IMG/VR virus record: IMGVR_UViG_2695420649_000003
DNA length: 24,214 bases
Strand: one strand, 5' to 3'
Source: a virus
Lineage: Duplodnaviria; Heunggongvirae; Uroviricota; Caudoviricetes
The notes under the pieces were generated by a model. It was not told the DNA's origin, ran no database searches, and saw only the letters and a program-made list of their open reading frames with translations. Within the stretch, counting starts at the first letter, position 1; every line of letters starts with the position of its first letter. The position numbers were made by a program, and so were the translations under genes. Shown piece by piece: positions 23,151-24,214 of this stretch.

Positions 23151-23310
23151 TAATAATTATCATCTACATGTCACAACGTGCATCTACGCCATCAAACCAC
23201 GTCAAATAATCAATTATGACGCAGGTATCGTATTAATTGATCTGCATCAACTTAACGTAAAAACAACTTCAGACAATACAAATCAGCGACACTGAATACA
23301 GGGCAACCTC

Positions 23311-23544
23311 ATGTCAACGAAGAACAGAACCCGCAGAACAACAACCCGCAACATCCGCTTTCCTAACCAAATGATTGAACAAATTAACATCGCTCTTGTT
23401 CAAAAAGGGTCCGGGAATTTCTCAGCCTGGGTCATTGAAGCCTGCCGCCGGAGACTGTGCTCAGAAAAAAGAGTTTCGCCTGAAGCAAACAAAGAAAAGA
23501 GTGACATTACTGAATTGCTCAGAAAACAGGTTAGACCAGATTGA
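23311..23544 (+). CDS. Small basic protein of unknown function (DUF3950 / YnfO-YlcI-like)
   Basis: 77-aa ORF MSTKNRTRRTTTRNIRFPNQMIEQINIALVQKGSGNFSAWVIEACRRRL.... Opposite strand to the late operon, in the AT-rich segment beyond cos. Family assignment is from memory of E. coli prophage small ORFs and not verified. Confidence 0.55.
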   Translation: MSTKNRTRRTTTRNIRFPNQMIEQINIALVQKGSGNFSAWVIEACRRRLCSEKRVSPEANKEKSDITELLRKQVRPD

Positions 23545-23601
23545 AGCAATTTAGATAATCGTGCAGACTACGCCCCCTCATATCACATGGAAGGTACTAC
23601 A

Positions 23602-24012
23602 ATGGCTCAGGTTGCCATTTTTAAACAAATATTCGATAAAGTGCGAAATAATTTAAACTATCACTGGTTTTATTCTGAACTAAAACGTCACAATGTCTCA
23701 CATTACATTTACTATTTAGCCACAGAGAATATTCATCTTGTTCTTGAAAACGATAATACGGTTTTAATAAAAGGACAGGGTAAGGTTGTAAATGTAAGAT
23801 TTTCAAAAAATAAATGCCTTATAGAAGCCACCTTAAAAGGATTCAAATCAGGAGAGTTATCATTTTACGAATACAGGAAAAATCTTGCTACAGCAGGGGT
23901 TTTCAGATGGATTACAAATATCCACGAAAACAAAAGGTATTACTATACCTTTGATAATTCATTACTCTTTACTGAGAACATACAGAACACTACACAAATA
24001 TTTCCGCACTAA
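23602..24012 (+). CDS. DUF1398-family protein (YbcV/YdfO-like), unknown function, ~136 aa
   Basis: ORF 23587..24012; preferred start is the ATG at 23602 with GGAAGG 9 nt upstream. Protein [45 protein letters not shown]... is Asn/Lys/Tyr-rich, and the DNA is much more AT-rich than the structural genes. Family call is from recall. Confidence 0.6.
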   Translation: MAQVAIFKQIFDKVRNNLNYHWFYSELKRHNVSHYIYYLATENIHLVLENDNTVLIKGQGKVVNVRFSKNKCLIEATLKGFKSGELSFYEYRKNLATAGVFRWITNIHENKRYYYTFDNSLLFTENIQNTTQIFPH

Positions 24013-24214
24013 ATCATAACGTCCGGTTTCTTCCGTGCCAGAACCGGACTCGCTGGCATGATGAAATATGTGTACCCGGTAACCCCGGTGTGCATCGTTT
24101 TTGATTATTCCCGCACACTCGCGCAGAAGGAGTTCCCCGTCGGGCTACGGTCTCTGTTAATACGGGAATACGGCGACGATTGGATTTGCCCCTATATTTC
24201 CAGACATCTGTTAT

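Noticed and set aside
24021-24049. Inverted repeat GTCCGGTT-(13 nt)-AACCGGAC just after the DUF1398 ORF, considered as a terminator
   Set aside because: 8-bp stem but a 13-nt loop and no following T-run. Could be a weak terminator or a binding site; not supportable as a feature.

Overview
This window is the late (morphogenesis) region of a lambda-like (lambdoid) prophage, almost all encoded on the minus strand in canonical lambda order. From high to low coordinates: cos site (cosQ/cosN/cosB, ~22923..23150), nu1, A, W, B, C with nested nu3, D, E, FI, FII, Z, U, V, G, the G-T frameshift extension, H, M, L, K, I, J, lom and the start of stf. Gene order, overlaps and lengths match phage lambda and the proteins are recognisably lambda homologues from recall; no search was run. 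Right of cos, on the plus strand, sit two small AT-rich accessory ORFs (DUF3950-like and DUF1398-like). The least ordinary part is 1..~4100: a second partial J-like copy with a different C-terminal tip and a second lom allele follow the complete J-lom pair, but this block is bounded by a 51-N run with duplicated 104-bp flanks and by a single 'n' exactly at a J-to-lom breakpoint, so it may be a scaffolding chimera of two prophage alleles rather than a real tandem duplication. Other points worth checking are a cosN 12-mer that differs from lambda at 5 bases, an stf ORF that stops after about 108 codons, and the gpK start site. I found no CRISPR array, tRNA/rRNA gene or recognisable defence system; the window is best read as a conventional, apparently intact lambdoid head-tail module with a mosaic or possibly mis-assembled tail-tip end.
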